From positions 53,881 to 117,880 of the forward strand of contig NMRA01000228.1 of assembly GCA_002633005.1 (NCBI GenBank): 64,000 bases of DNA. The letters are read 5' to 3'. Under the pieces are notes generated by a model, which was not told where the DNA came from, searched no databases, and saw only the letters and a program-made list of their open reading frames with translations. Positions 1-13,293 of the stretch are shown here, piece after piece. Position numbers and translations under genes: made by a program. The DNA is from Phoronis australis. Its lineage: Eukaryota; Animalia; Phoronida. Every line of letters starts with the position of its first letter. The stretch's first letter is position 1.

Positions 1-185
1 GTTCAGATGTACGTAACTCTGAGACCTTCTTAGTTCACGGCCTTTATTGCTGAACATCGTTTTTACAACAAATCACAGAAAAGACTGGGAACTGTGAGTA
101 GCTGTTTCTTATCAATGATTAACACAAGAGGAGACACAAATACCATCAAAAAGACAGTGCTTGTTTTAAACATCAATGACTATAC

Positions 186-275
186 CTGCCATTTTCTGTT
201 GGCTGGTTCATGACTCTCGTCTTAATGACATCAGCCGGTGTCCCTAGTAAGGCTGAAGTGATTCCTGAACAAACG
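186..275 (-). CDS. UCP4: UCP4 coding exon 8 ([30 protein letters not shown]); remaining exons lie beyond position 1
   Basis: Third carrier signature [13 protein letters not shown]; 90 nt, phase 2-2. Confidence 0.95.
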
Positions 276-902
276 CTGAAAACAACAACACACGAGTTTC
301 TTAAATGTACACGCTGGCATGTCAAAGCTTTTAGCAGTAGATCACACCATCTGAGAATTGTACATTCAAGAAATTTTCAGCAACAATTACCCGAGATCAA
401 AAAGGATATGTAGAAAACCCTTTTGTCAGACTATTACTCCGAGACCAATATCACAACACATGACAAAAAGTTAAATACATCATAAAATCAAAATCAATGC
501 CAAAAATTTTTTTTTCTCATTTTCCAAACTTAAAGGCATAGACCCAGACTTTTCCTGACTTTACATAAATTCATAAGCTGTACTGAGAAAAAAAGCACGT
601 CCCACGAACTCCCCGGTCTTATTGTCACCTCAGTAGTGAGCATGCTAATATTGGACAACTGTTGACAACAGACTCAGACTAAACTGAAGACAATCTCATA
701 CACAAGTCATGTTGATCAATGTGTGCCACTTTTTGGCTAACACAGGGTCTTAAGGCAACTCAAAAATGAAAATAGCAAAATAATAGCGACTGTTGTCGTG
801 ACCACATAGACACACACAATTATGTAGATTGACGACTCAAAAACACAATTACTAGTAGTGCGACTAATAGAGGACATACATAAGAACAACTTAAAGTCTT
901 AC

Positions 903-987
903 CTGGCAAGAGTATGTGAAACCCATGTATCACCTAGATTTGTCTTTCGTATTATTAAATGTTTTGCTGTGTCGTAAGTTGCTAGGT
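903..987 (-). CDS. UCP4: UCP4 coding exon 7 (DLATYDTAKHLIIRKTNLGDTWVSHTLAS)
   Basis: DLxTYDTxKH motif; ttttag| acceptor and |gtaaga donor; 85 nt, phase 1-2. Confidence 0.95.
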
Positions 988-1539
988 CTAAAACAGAAAA
1001 TAACCTGACATTTAAAAAACTGCGAAATAAAATGCATAAAAACCTTGTGCAATTGAGAAACTTCACTTTTACTACTACAAATGATTATGAAATGTGATTT
1101 CCTCAAACAAGACAAAGATATACAATGATATAGTCATTACCAAACAAAAAGCAATGCCATGTGCCCATGGGAAGTGCAACAACACAATTTAACAATAGAA
1201 AAGTTTAGAACTTGACTTAACAACTCTCCTTAATTTTTGCCTAGGATGTCTCTGGCGACATAAATCTTGGAGAAAAGAGTACAAGCTTCCTCTGCAATAA
1301 AACGTTAATAAAACAAGACCAGTGCAACGTGCTGATATGCCCTCACAGAGCACCGCAAACAGTCTGTTTCTAGGGGTACTTATCAGCTCTGTGTAAGGTA
1401 CAAGGAAACAACAGTTTGGTTACAAGGGGGTGCAATAGTCAGAATTGACAAAAAGACGTTTATGCACCCCTTTTTAAACTAACATCAAATCAAGAAGTTC
1501 ACAAAATGAACAGTTTTTAAAATTTTCAAAAAAGAAATA

Positions 1540-2950
1540 AATGAAAGCACTCCGAGGAGCAACACCTGGTAAAATCAAATAAAAATTTAAAGGTGAGGTA
1601 GACGACGAACAGCAACTACCGACGATTACACCAACACATTAAACAGACTGTGAGAAATTTGAAAAGGTTGGTTCAAAGGAGCTAGAGCTCCAAAAAACAC
1701 AATTAACAAAATGGCTGCCACAGCGACATCTTGCCTCCAATTTCATTCAAGAACAAAAGTCCTCCGGCTATTGACTAAGTAAACACTGTATATAACTTTC
1801 ATGTTGATCAGACAACAATGCAATCTCTAGTGTATTATCAAATATGGCAGGCTAACAAAGAGCAGATATAACTAACTAGTCAACAAAAGAACAGTCATCT
1901 GAGCAGTAAATCTCAAATAACGCAAGAACGGTAAGTCATAGCAATGCTGATACCACTTGAAGATTTATCCACATGCCAAATTTCAGACAGATATGTCAAT
2001 GGATGCCGAAGACACGGCATAAAAACTAAGTTAATTTGAGACTCTAGGTAAGAGCTGGAGAATAGCAAATGACACATTAGCGATAGCCTTTGAAATGATC
2101 TATCCACAAAAATCGGAGAAAATCCCACTAGAAACAGCAAACCAAAAAGGGAAAAATGGCCGCCACAGCGCCAGCTTGCGTCAGATTTTAGCCAAAAGCA
2201 ATAGGCATCAAGGCATTCACGAGACACATGTTGTGCATAAATTTCACATTGATCCAATAGCGATCTGTAGTGAGGGAACAAAGAAATAAAGAAAAAAATT
2301 ATGACCAAGCAACATTCTTGGAGAAATTTCATTTCACCAAGTAAAAATGCCACAAAGGAACACTAGGCATCTAGTTCAAATCGACTTTTTTCACAACAAT
2401 CATGAGGACTGGTATGGTAGATAAAAAGACAGACACAAAATGGCATACAGGGACACACCACTTGTTGTTGCTCAACTCCAAAATGGAATGGTCAACAGGA
2501 AGCACTGCAGTAGTCAAATTTGCTCAAAATTTGAATCGTGTCAGCATTTTTGTCACATCGTGTCAGGTTTCATTGAAAACCCCTAATTGGTTCTCTATAG
2601 AGATCCAGAATTGCTCTTTACCCAAAAATACAAAAAGAGCCCTTTCTCTAGACTAAATAAAACACAGTGGTCGAGTCCAAATTGCCATCACATGCGTGAG
2701 TCAAGTTTCAGTAAAACCTATCAATCGTTTCTCAAGGCATCACTCAGAAACACTCTTCCCAAAAACACTGAAAAGCTTCACCCCTGGCCCCAGGACACCG
2801 GCAGATTGAAAAGTGGCATGCAACGCCCTAGAGATGCTCTACACTTTTGTGCCAAATTTCATCAAAATTCACCATTTTTTGGGATACCAAGCGCACACCA
2901 GACCGGATGACAGTAATATCCACCCACATATACAAACAAAGGTGCGTATA
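1540..2950 (+). repeat. Old satellite-like/HINE-like element in UCP4 intron 6
   Basis: Degenerate recurring AAAATGGC(T/C)GCCACAGCG and CCAAATTTCA motifs; 3' end resembles that of the family at 8851-10710. Confidence 0.45.
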
Positions 2951-3645
2951 AAGTAAAACAACATCAGAATCAGTGAAGAAATGAGTACAATCACATAAGT
3001 TCACATCCGCGTTGCCACTAGCAATCTGTTTCAAAAAGATGCACAAAGTGAACTGATGGTTAACTTCAATTAATTCTAAATGAGTTCCTACAGATATCTA
3101 AAGTGGGGTGTCAAAGAACTTTGACTTTTCTTGAGTTAAAGCAATTTCGAAGCATAAACGGATCAGACCTCTTGACCTAAGTCTAGGTTGTCTTTTCAAC
3201 GTAGGAACAAATATGGTCGCCAGAGCTGAAGCAGTGGAAGTAGGCAATTTCTTCAAGTATTAAAACTTGAATGGCTAACCTGCATGGAGGTGACAGGTTG
3301 TAGAAACATTCTTCATTTTTTAATATTAAATCACTTTAAAGCATCGAAGAGATCACATGAAGGATTTATGAAACTACTACAGTAGAATATCTCCCACCTG
3401 CTTCTGTATGGCGCTGCATGTCTCATGACATCCATGCAAAACTTTATAAATTCAATAATATTTGTAAAATGATATTTCAGGGTCGTACAATTTGGTCGCG
3501 CTTCAGGAAATACACATCTTATCAAACTGAAGGGTATCGCGTTACTTGTGTAGAGTCCGTGATAGGTTATTTTCCTACAGCCGCTAGGTGCCGCCACTGC
3601 ATTTGTAATATACCAAGGGTAAGTAAAGAAAGTCAGTTATCTTAC

Positions 3646-3758
3646 CACCTAAATTAACTAGCGCGGCTCTCTGTACGTTGGGTACCCAGCCTCTCCATAG
3701 ACCTCTGTAGCCACTATCTTGGATGATCTGGCGGAATGCATGGGCCATACTCTTCACT
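3646..3758 (-). CDS. UCP4: UCP4 coding exon 6 (VKSMAHAFRQIIQDSGYRGLWRGWVPNVQRAALVNLG)
   Basis: GLWxGWVPNxQRAALVN is characteristic of UCP4; 113 nt, phase 2-1. Confidence 0.97.
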
Positions 3759-3939
3759 CTGTTGTTAAAATGATTAGAGAATGCATAGGTTAGGTGCAAA
3801 CATACAGCATTGTGAACTCAACAGAAAACAGATCTGAACAATTGATAAGTATCAAACACTTCAAGAGCACGAAAAACTGATGACACAGGGATATAATAAT
3901 AGTAATAATAATAAACTTTATTTATAGAGGATAAAATAC

Positions 3940-4125
3940 AATACTACTTAAACATGCTTTAGCTAAAGGCTAATATACGGCATGACCCTCTTGCAGCAAT
4001 AAATTAAATAATTTAATTTAATTTAACTTAATTTAATCTAATTTAATTTATTTTATTTAATTTATTGCTGCAAGAGGGTCATGCCGTATATTAGCCTTTA
4101 GCTAAAGCATGTTTTAAGTAGTATT
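3940..4125. repeat. Near-perfect inverted repeat (~72-bp arms, ~41-nt AT-only loop)
   Basis: 3940-4011 is the reverse complement of 4053-4125 except for one extra T. Confidence 0.95.
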
Positions 4126-4971
4126 TAATTGAATATAACTTAATTTAATCTAATTTAATTTATTTTATTTACAAATTGAATTTACAAATTGAATTAAAAA
4201 TAAATTATAACGTCTACATAATATATACAATGAATTCTACAGAGGACAAATGACTGAAACAAAGGGACAACATAACGTCATAACCATCCGCTTCCTTCAG
4301 GCTACTTGGTAAGTGGAAAATTCTGACACACAACACCTGAATCCGATTTCCACAAAAAGAATAAGCTTCAAGCTATTCACAAGACACACCGTTTGTATAA
4401 AAATTTCATGTCCATTGTGTACGAAATGCAACCCGTAACATGTGAACAAAAAACACAAAAAAGTTGATGACAAAGGAAAATATTTGACATTTGGCAAGCA
4501 ACGAAATAGCTCAAAGGGGTATGTCATTAGCTGAAAAATTGGCGAGTGCCCTTTTTTCCTCAATATAAATCTAGCTGTTAGATTTCATAGAAATACTTGA
4601 AGGACTTTGGTACAGGCAGATAGAGACACAGATACCGAAACAAAAAAGTCTAATCAAAAGTAACCAGTACAGGACAAAGTTGGGCTTGTCCAAAAACTGA
4701 ATTGTGAAGTGCCACAAACTTAAGTATTAGTACATACTGCAATAGAACAATATTATCTAGTTACGAATAAAAAACAACATTGCACTTTGACTTTTATAAA
4801 CACGCACCACAAATCTGTGTTTCCCTATAATGTAAACGGCACTGAGGGTATTGTTTTTTTCCAATAAAACTGGAAACGAGAGTTCGAGACCTACACATTG
4901 TGAAAGAGTATGCGCTAACAATACATACCCTCCCAGTAGATCATCAATTTCCATCTGACAGTTCCACTTAC

Positions 4972-5094
4972 CTAGCTGGATGTCCTTCCAACCTTCGTTT
5001 TCCCTCCATCTGCATCTGTACTTTGACTATGTCGGCTGGACTAGTAATAAACTGGGCCAGACCGCCAGCAGTCAAGCCACCAAGAGCAGCCTTC
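4972..5094 (-). CDS. UCP4: UCP4 coding exon 5 ([41 protein letters not shown])
   Basis: UCP4-diagnostic [13 protein letters not shown] and second carrier signature; 123 nt, phase 2-2. Confidence 0.97.
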
Positions 5095-5494
5095 CTGGGA
5101 AATACAAAGTGTACAGATCAACTAGAACTTAATGCTTTAACTGCTAGTGGAAACGAAATATACAACATGAAAAATTCATAGAATGCATTCATGGGACACA
5201 TGAACACATATACTGAGTATGCAATAATGGTTTACGACTACCTCTACTCAAGTCAATTCTTATATGTTGGGCTGATTCTAGGGATAATGAAAGAAAATAT
5301 CACATCCACAGATACTTCTCGAGTTCACACAACTTTCTGCCATCGAAATTGCAGCAATAAGACTTTGCTGGCATTGGAAGGTTAAATATCGTTAATGTAG
5401 TAAAGAAAAATTTGAAAAAGAAAGGTACGGACAAGAGACATGAGAAACCTCCGCTGATGCACTATTTTATTTTGGTGTACGTAAGGTTGCATAA

Positions 5495-8400
5495 TGTTAC
5501 ATATGTAATCAGGCTCAAGCTTCTTATACAACCGACATTCCGGTACTATCCGGCCTTCTTGACATGAACCGCTATACTGGTAACGCTTACAACGCTAACG
5601 ATGTTTTCATGGAGCCTAGAGCCTATATCATTGCAAGTTTATACTATTTTTCTCATATTACCGTAGAATTCACTGGCTGTTTCTCGTATTGTGTATGACT
5701 GCTTAGCCCATGCTATATTACATGGAATATCTTCATTGTATTGCAAAGTGAACGCTGTATTTCCCAAAACTTATTATTCGTTATATTTGTTTCAGTGAAA
5801 CCGGCCTCGTCGTACAGTAAGCATTCAACATCAACTTTGTTGTGAATAAACGTATCATATCCGACTATCCCGTGTGTTCAATGCTCATTGCTCCTACATA
5901 TATTTTCACATGAATGCTCAAGAAACGACCAAGAGTTTGGACATGAATCCAGGAACAGTGGACGAGTTTCACAATGCCCCTATTAACCTCGATACCGTGA
6001 ATAGGGAGCCAACCGAGCGTGGCCTAAGAACCATTCAACGAGCGAGGAAAGCTGAACTGCAAATTAAGCAAGACATTCCGAAACGACAACAAGAGTTGGT
6101 TTTAGAAGAACTACGTTTGGATGCGGAACGACGCTAGGACAGTATAATATGTTTCAAGCATCAGGAACTTGAGATTCACGCCGCGTTAGCTGAATTGGAA
6201 GCCGGGTTCGATGACATTAGTGAGCAGCATACCCCTCTAGCAACCCTCACAGTTCGCCACTCAATGTATCTGCATCAGAATTTGTGCCCGTATCTTCGTT
6301 ATGTAATCCAGTAACTGTGACTATGTCGACACCTGCTGTGTCTGCAGTGCCTGGGTTCGCATCAGACTTTGTGCCTGTATCTTCGTTATGTGATCCAGTG
6401 ACTGTGACTATGTCGACACCTGCTGTGTCTGCAGTGCCTAGGTTTGTACCTTGTGATCCAGTGACTATGTTGACACAGGCTGCATCCGCCAATACCACAT
6501 TAGCGCCACCTGTTATGAACTGTCATTACAATCCACCGGCTACATCGTCCTCGCCCGCACTGGCGCCACCTGCTGTTAACACTTGTTACTATCCGCTGGC
6601 TGTATCCGTCACTCCTGCATTAGCGCCACCTTCTGTGAACTCTCGCTATTTTATGCCAAGCACCGTAAGCATTTCGGGTATTTTGGACTTCGTTGCTAGA
6701 AGGACCTTGCCTACACCTGAGATAAAGAAATTGAACGGGGATGCAGACCAGTACCGCCAGTTCATCAAGGCGTTTGAAGTTCGCATAGAAAGCAAGCTGG
6801 ATTCCGAGATTGATAAACTTTATTATCTAGAGCAGTATACCTCAGGAGATGCGAATGAACTTGTGCGAAGCTGTTTACACATGCCAACGGACAATGGGTA
6901 CGCCTTGAAAGACATTAATCAATTAATCCAACTTGATCATCCCAAAAATCTTCAAAAACTCATGTCAAAAATGCCTGCGCCTTTGCAAAATAGATGGCGG
7001 CACGAGGCCAGTAAGATTCGCGGCAGATTTACTAAGGATTTTGTGAACTTTGTTTGTGATGAGTCCTTCATTTTTTCTGACCCAGTATTCAGTAAGCGAC
7101 CAACTGGTAAATTAGAGGTGAACATTACCCAGCACCAAACTGTCTCTTGCATATACTGTAACAGCAACCATCGCATAGATGTTTGTAACGCCTTGTGTGC
7201 GAAACCTTACAAGGAAAGACGACAATTTGTGATTGAACGGAAATTATGTTTCGGTTGTTTAAAACCCGGATATTTTTCAAAAAATTGTAGATCCAAAGGA
7301 CAATGCAAAAAATGCAACAAACGACACCCAACCATACTGCACATCGGCGGGTTTGAAGTTCCCAAACGGCAACCCGCAGCAGCCAAACAGAACAAGCGAC
7401 AAGATGACGCTCAACAAGAACGCCGAGATGCGACCACGAACACAGAATTAAGTGACCGTGGAGATGATTGCAGGGGTACATTCGCCACTACGTCATACAA
7501 CACTACAGCAATGATGCTGATCATACCTGTGCGCATCAAAAAGGTGGATTCCGAAGACAGCATCGCCACCTATGCCTTCCTTGAGAGTGGTTCGTAAGGC
7601 TGTTTTGCGACAAATGATCTGTTAAATCAATTGAATGTGAATGGTGTGCCGAGCAAGCTTCAGCTCACAACCATGCACGGACAATCAGAGGCTGAAACGG
7701 AGGCAGTCACTGGACTGCAGGTAGAGGATTTGACTGGCCAAAACGTTACAAACCTCCCTGCTGTATACGCCCGCGACGAGATTCCTATATCTCGAGAAGG
7801 AATTACCACCGCTCAAGATGTGGTCAAGTGGTCTTATTACCTCATATAGATATTCCAGATGACCACTCTGATGTTGACATCGGCCTTCTTATAGGCAGTA
7901 ACTGCGCCAATGCGACTGAACCACTACAGGTTGTGCCAGGCAGAGACGGTGGCCCATACGCGGTGTTGACTCGGCTCGGATGGTTGATCATCGGTCCCGT
8001 TTCCATAGCACTGCAGAACTTGTCAACGCGTGTTATTTCGTGTAACTATGTGTTTATGACGGAAAACCTAACCACAGAAATGACTAGACAACTGTCAATA
8101 TACGACCACATGAAGGATGTCAGTCAAAGCCAGCTCCTTCAGAAATTATTCAAATACGAGTTTTGCGAATACGCTACTAACGAGAAGGACGACGCCGTCT
8201 ACTCCCAAGACGACAGATGATTCATACATGTTGTGAATCGAGGCGTTCAGCATGCAGATGGTCATTGCCCTTTCGAGAGGGAAGTGATACTCTCCCGAAC
8301 AACCGAGAGATAGCCCAATCGAGAGCAAGAGGCCTTAAAAGAAAGTTGTTGAGCAACTCCACCTATCAACAAGATTATGAAACCTTCATGAACGACATTC

Positions 8401-8850
8401 TGAGCAAAGGCTACGCTCGTAAAGTACCTCCCGACCAGAAACCTATGGAAGGCAAAGTATGGTACATCTCGCACCACGGTGTTTACAACTCCAATAAACC
8501 AGGCAAAGTACGGGTTGTATTTGACTGCAGCGCCAAATGCCAGGGGAAAGCGCTAAACGACTGCCTTCTATCTGGGCCAAATTTAACCAATTCTATTGTT
8601 GGTGTGCTTACAAGGTTCCGGGAAGAGAGTCGTAGTCATGATGGACCTAGAGGCCATGTTTCATCAAGTGTGTGTACCGCCACACGACTGGGACTATTTT
8701 CGCTTTCTTTGGTGGCCAGATGGTAATTACAGCGCTGAGCCAGAAGATTTCCAGATGGTTGTCTATCTCTTTGGCACATCGTCATCGCCCAGTTGTGCTA
8801 ATTTTGCACTGCGCAAGACAGCAGATGATTTTGCGTACGATCCAGTGGTT
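5495..8850 (+). mobile_element. Degenerate, 3'-truncated BEL/Pao LTR retrotransposon in UCP4 intron 4, antisense to the host
   Basis: Putative LTR TGT...ACA at ~5495-5898 with AATAAA at 5845; gag with DUF1759-like LYYLEQYTSGDA and three Zn knuckles (CIYCNSNH, CFGCLKPG, CKKCNKRHPTILH); protease TYAFLESGS*; Pao RT motifs [43 protein letters not shown]; stops and frameshifts. Confidence 0.92.
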
Positions 8851-10710
8851 TGCCACTAGGAGGCGCCACAGTAGTTGACGTCATCGGAAAATCATCATCA
8901 GCCATCCTCTTCATAGTAAGAACATACATGCCAATTTTCACAATTATCATTAGAACGGTTTGGTTGATAGAGGGGTGGACGCCAAAAAACAGACTCGAAA
9001 ACAGTAACAAGAGCAACGCAGAGCGTTGAAATGCGCCCACAATTGCACCGTATACAGTATTCTTCTAGGGTTGTTTATTGGTACCATGAAGTGGCCAGTA
9101 GAGGGCATATATGTAGTATGTTGTACTTTGCAAAATGGAAAGGCATGGTCATTGTCTCCTCAATAGGCTAAGGGGCAAAATGTGAGTGATCTTCATAATA
9201 CAAGCACATCCTATACATCAGTTGCTTAAAGCATCACAGAAACATAGAATTAAAAAAAAAATTACCAACATACGAGATTAGCACAGCATTAGAATGCCAG
9301 AAACAAATTTCTACTTGGAACTTTTCCTTCATAGTCACGAAGTAACACAAAGTANNNNNNNNNNNNNNNNNNNNNNNNNNNNNNNNNNNNNNNNNNNNNN
9401 NNNNNNNNNNNNNNNNNNNNNNNNNNNNNNNNNNNNNNNNNNNNNNNNNNNNNNNNNNNNNNNNNNNNNNNNNNNNNNNNNNNNNNNNNNNNNNNNNNNN
9501 NNNNNNNNNNNNNNNNNNNNNNNNNNNNNNNNNNNNNNNNNNNNNNNNNNNNNNNNNNNNNNNNNNNNNNNNNNNNNNNNNNNNNNNNNNNNNNNNNNNN
9601 NNNNNNNNNNNNNNNNNNNNNNNNNNNNNNNNNTACATACCAAATTTCATGAAAATCCGTTCAGGACTTTTGAAGATACAAAGGTAAGCGTAAAAAACTA
9701 AAATTGCCACTAGGGGGCACACCGGTAGTCGGATCCGTCCAAAAGTCGTCATGTTTCGTTGTTACCATCATATAAATATACTTACACAATTTCGTAAAGA
9801 TCCTGCGAACGGCTTAGGAGATACAGCCATAGGCAAAAAAAAACAAAACTGCCACTAGGAGGTGCCACAGTAGTCCAAATTGTCTGAAAATCATCGTCAA
9901 CCGTCCTCTACATAGTAAGCATATACATGCCAATTTTCACAATCATCCTTTGAGCGGTTTGGTTGACAGAGGGGTGGACGCAAAAAACAGACTCGAAAAC
10001 ACTAAAAATGGCCACTAGGTGGCACAAACTATGTCGAATCCATCTGAAAATGGGAGGATAGCGTCATCTTACTAATAGGTGCCTACATACCAAATTTCAT
10101 GAAAATCCGTTCAGGACTTTTGAAGATACAAAGGTAAGCGTAAAAAACTAAAATTGCCACTATGGGGCACACCGGTTGTCAGATCCGTCCGAAAGTTCGC
10201 ACATGCCGTCCCATTCATGAATGGAACATATGTGCCAAATTTCATGAACGTATGTCAAAGGGTTTTGAAGATAGAGCTGCGGACGCCGAACGGACGCCGC
10301 CCGTACGGACGGACGGATGGAGATGACGGCATAATGCGTCCACATATAAATATGTGGGCACATAAAAATGGCCACTACATGGTGCAAACTACATCAAATC
10401 CGTTCAAAAACGGGAGAATAGCGTCATCTCACTAATAGATGTCTATATGCCAAATTTTATGACAATATGTTGTGGATCTAGGGGGCACACCAGAACTCGG
10501 ATCTGTCTGAAAGTTTGCTCATGCCGTTCCATCCATGAAAGGAACATAACTACGTGCAAAATTTCATGAAGATGCGTCAAACATTTTTGGAGCTAGACCA
10601 GCGGACGCCAGACGCCGGACAGACGTCACCCGGACGGGCGCCGCCTCGACAGGCGCCGCCTCGACAGGCGCCGCCTGGACGGAGATATAAGTATGTGGGC
10701 ACATAAGAAA
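8851..10710 (+). mobile_element. Non-autonomous Helentron/HINE-like element(s) with ~150-bp tandem monomers; spans the N gap
   Basis: Recurrent CCAAATTTCATGAA and GCCACTAGGNGGC motifs; 450-bp repeat (9635 vs 10085); (GGAC)n tract at ~10290-10320; 3' stem-loop CCACATATAAATATGTGG followed by CATAAAAA. Confidence 0.65.
9355..9633. other. Assembly gap (279 N)
   Basis: Run of N; further single-N joins at 33617, 55366, 57302 and 59665. Confidence 1.
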
Positions 10711-11861
10711 TTGCCAACGAAACGCTATGCAACCATTGTCAGCTGCATGTGACTTTAAAGGTACTGAAAGCAACTCACCATTGTGTACAATGCGAACATT
10801 ACAAGCATCAATTGCGAAACCAAAAAAAAAATAATTCGACTATCAGGGTACTCGAAACTTTTTACTTTAGTAAATAAAACACATAATAATGCATGTGCAA
10901 ATACTACTAAATTTGAATGTTTTAAAATGTGAGAAATTTTAACAAAACTTCAATATTCAAATCACTGTCTTAAAATTGAATACAATGTATTACTAAGTGC
11001 TGTTGTGTGTCATGTTTTTAAAGCACCGTTGAGTCAGTGGCCATGTATGCACAAATGATACTTTTTGTGGTAATACTACTAAAAAGCTATAAATTTTAAA
11101 TTACTAGTTACACACAGTTGTATGCTGATATTTTGCCAAAATCCAATTTTTACGGTAACTACACGTTAAGTAAAACAATCAGTTTTAATCAAATACAACT
11201 TCTGATAGAAACGACATCTCTCCCATGACGTGACAACGGGTAACCTAGTTTCAGTGTATGAGTCACCTGCACTGTAGTGGACTATATCTTTTAACATGAG
11301 GTTTGCTTACGAACAATAGGAATAGTGAATATGGTTAATTTCCACTTTATTAACTTTGAGGTACATTCCCCTCATGAAGAACCCACTACTGGGAAGGTTA
11401 ATGTCACTAACAATCAACTCTGGTAACGGGGAACTTCACTTGCGCTCCGTCGTCATGACGGGGCATAACGGGTCATTTGTTTGTCTTTTGTCTCGTACTG
11501 CCCACAAATCTTTCTGAAAATAGGTGGGTGTCACCCTATCCTCAACAAGAAAATACAAGTCATGTTTCACAAAGGTCAGTTTTAGATAAAAAGAAGCAAA
11601 ACATTGCAGTTAAGAAGCATAGCATTTTACACTTTAGTCATTTTTATTAAAAAATTGATGAATATTAACACCTTCCCTTCGTAGACACAAGTTTACTAAG
11701 TTTCACCAACTTACTTCAAAATTTTCAGTTGGTAGGCTGATGCTGGGTGCCAAAACAGATGATGGCGGCATGCACTGAGATACATATATATGAACAGGTA
11801 CATGACAAAAACAGCTGCAGAGAAGAATGCCAGATCGTTTTGTATCACAAGACATACTTAC

Positions 11862-11946
11862 CAAACAGGGAAAGTGCCGTCAGGTTTTTTGTGTAGTATA
11901 TTTTCTCTAAAGAACTCGTAAAATCCCATTCTAAATCCAGTGTAAA
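11862..11946 (-). CDS. UCP4: UCP4 coding exon 4 (VYTGFRMGFYEFFRENILHKKPDGTFPVW)
   Basis: Matches UCP4 VYSGGRMVTYE...YPLW; ttgcag| acceptor and |gtaagt donor; 85 nt, phase 1-2. Confidence 0.95.
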
Positions 11947-12189
11947 CTGCAAAAGAAATGTGAAACATTTTCACAAAATATCAATGATGTGACTGCTAAG
12001 AATGCTCACAAACTGAGAAGGAAAGAGAGTGACATGATATTACTGTAACCCAAGAGTCACGCATCCCATCGTTATTAACTCATTTGTATTTCAGATTATG
12101 AAACTACGAAATGTCCCATATAATACACTCACGGTTTAACATGGTTTGAAAGTCTTGAAATACACGATCATCATAAATAAAACATTCAA

Positions 12190-12650
12190 TTAACAGAAGA
12201 AGAAGTATTGGAGAACCGCCGTGAACGTGAAGCGAAGGAAATGGACTAGATGGACACTTGTGACCGATTGGATGACTTGTCATGGTACAAGTGCATGAAC
12301 TGCAGAGTAATGGAAAATACCGAAGCTTGTGATTGGCGTTATGAAATTCGAGAAAACTGAAATAGAATGGCTTTTTAGGAAAAAACGATGGACGTGTGTG
12401 ACGGACGACCCGGATTTTAACCTGAGGTGATATCCGTCACTGTAATCACTGTCGACAAAATGCTGTCTGCAAACACGTAGCTAATTCACTATGTCATATT
12501 TAATGTTGACTGGAAACCTTTCGTTTTTAACCGCCACAAGTCACATCCGAAACATTTCGGAATCTCAAGGCAGCCGAAAAAATGACATCCTCGCTTTCCT
12601 CGCAGCTTCATGATCCACACAACCAAGAACGATATACCAAACCAGAGCAC
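12190..12650. mobile_element. Kolobok-like transposon relic: P2X7-ballast/KolX-like fragment (+) converging on a THAP fragment (-)
   Basis: Plus strand RLDDLSWYKCMNCRVMENTEAC..CVTDDPDF; minus strand GC...SFFRLP*D...*LVAV...LRVCRQHFVDSDY (THAP pattern); several stops. Confidence 0.6.
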
Positions 12651-12659
12651 AGTCCAGCG

Positions 12660-12714
<55 letters not shown>
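12660..12714. repeat. (CA)n microsatellite
   Basis: Read directly from sequence. Confidence 0.98.
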
Positions 12715-12715
<1 letters not shown>

Positions 12716-13230
12716 CGTAAGATGCGATGACATCATCACATAGTGTGCTCACCTTCCACACCAGTTAATGTGACACCTATCGGGTCAGTAAGATCGACCA
12801 AGTATGAGGTAATGTAGATACTGACTGATTAAAACATTGAAAAACAAATTAAATAAATCGAGTGGCATTAGCCTAATACCATTACATACAAAAACAAACG
12901 GTTCACCAAATTTGTTTCGATTTGAGCATTTTTGCAGTGCATACCAGCATACCAATACGCATATTTTGGGTATGGTATGCAGGAATGTAATTTTTTTGCA
13001 ATAGACTATTTCTGTAACAGGTGAATGGGAAGCAACGTTTTCTTTTACTCACCAGACAGAGCTGCGTAAATTTTATAATTATGCTTTACCCTGCTGGAGC
13101 CTAGAGGAAATCTTTATCCTACATTATCCTTTTTACCTCTGCAGTATCTACCTATCATATTTATTCACTGTAAACATGGTTGATGCACTTTCATGATCTT
13201 TAGCAGTGTTTCTTGAAGATGTAGACTTAC

Positions 13231-13293
13231 CCACTTGGCGAGTAAGAGCAGGACTTAAACCTTGCCATAGTTTTAACAATCCTTCTTCTTGCA
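13231..13293 (-). CDS. UCP4: UCP4 coding exon 3 (VQEEGLLKLWQGLSPALTRQV)
   Basis: EEGxxKLWQG carrier motif; AG and GTAAGT boundaries; 63 nt, phase 1-1. Confidence 0.95.

Noticed and set aside
9234-9752. ORFs spanning the poly-X stretch
   Set aside because: Artefacts of the N gap
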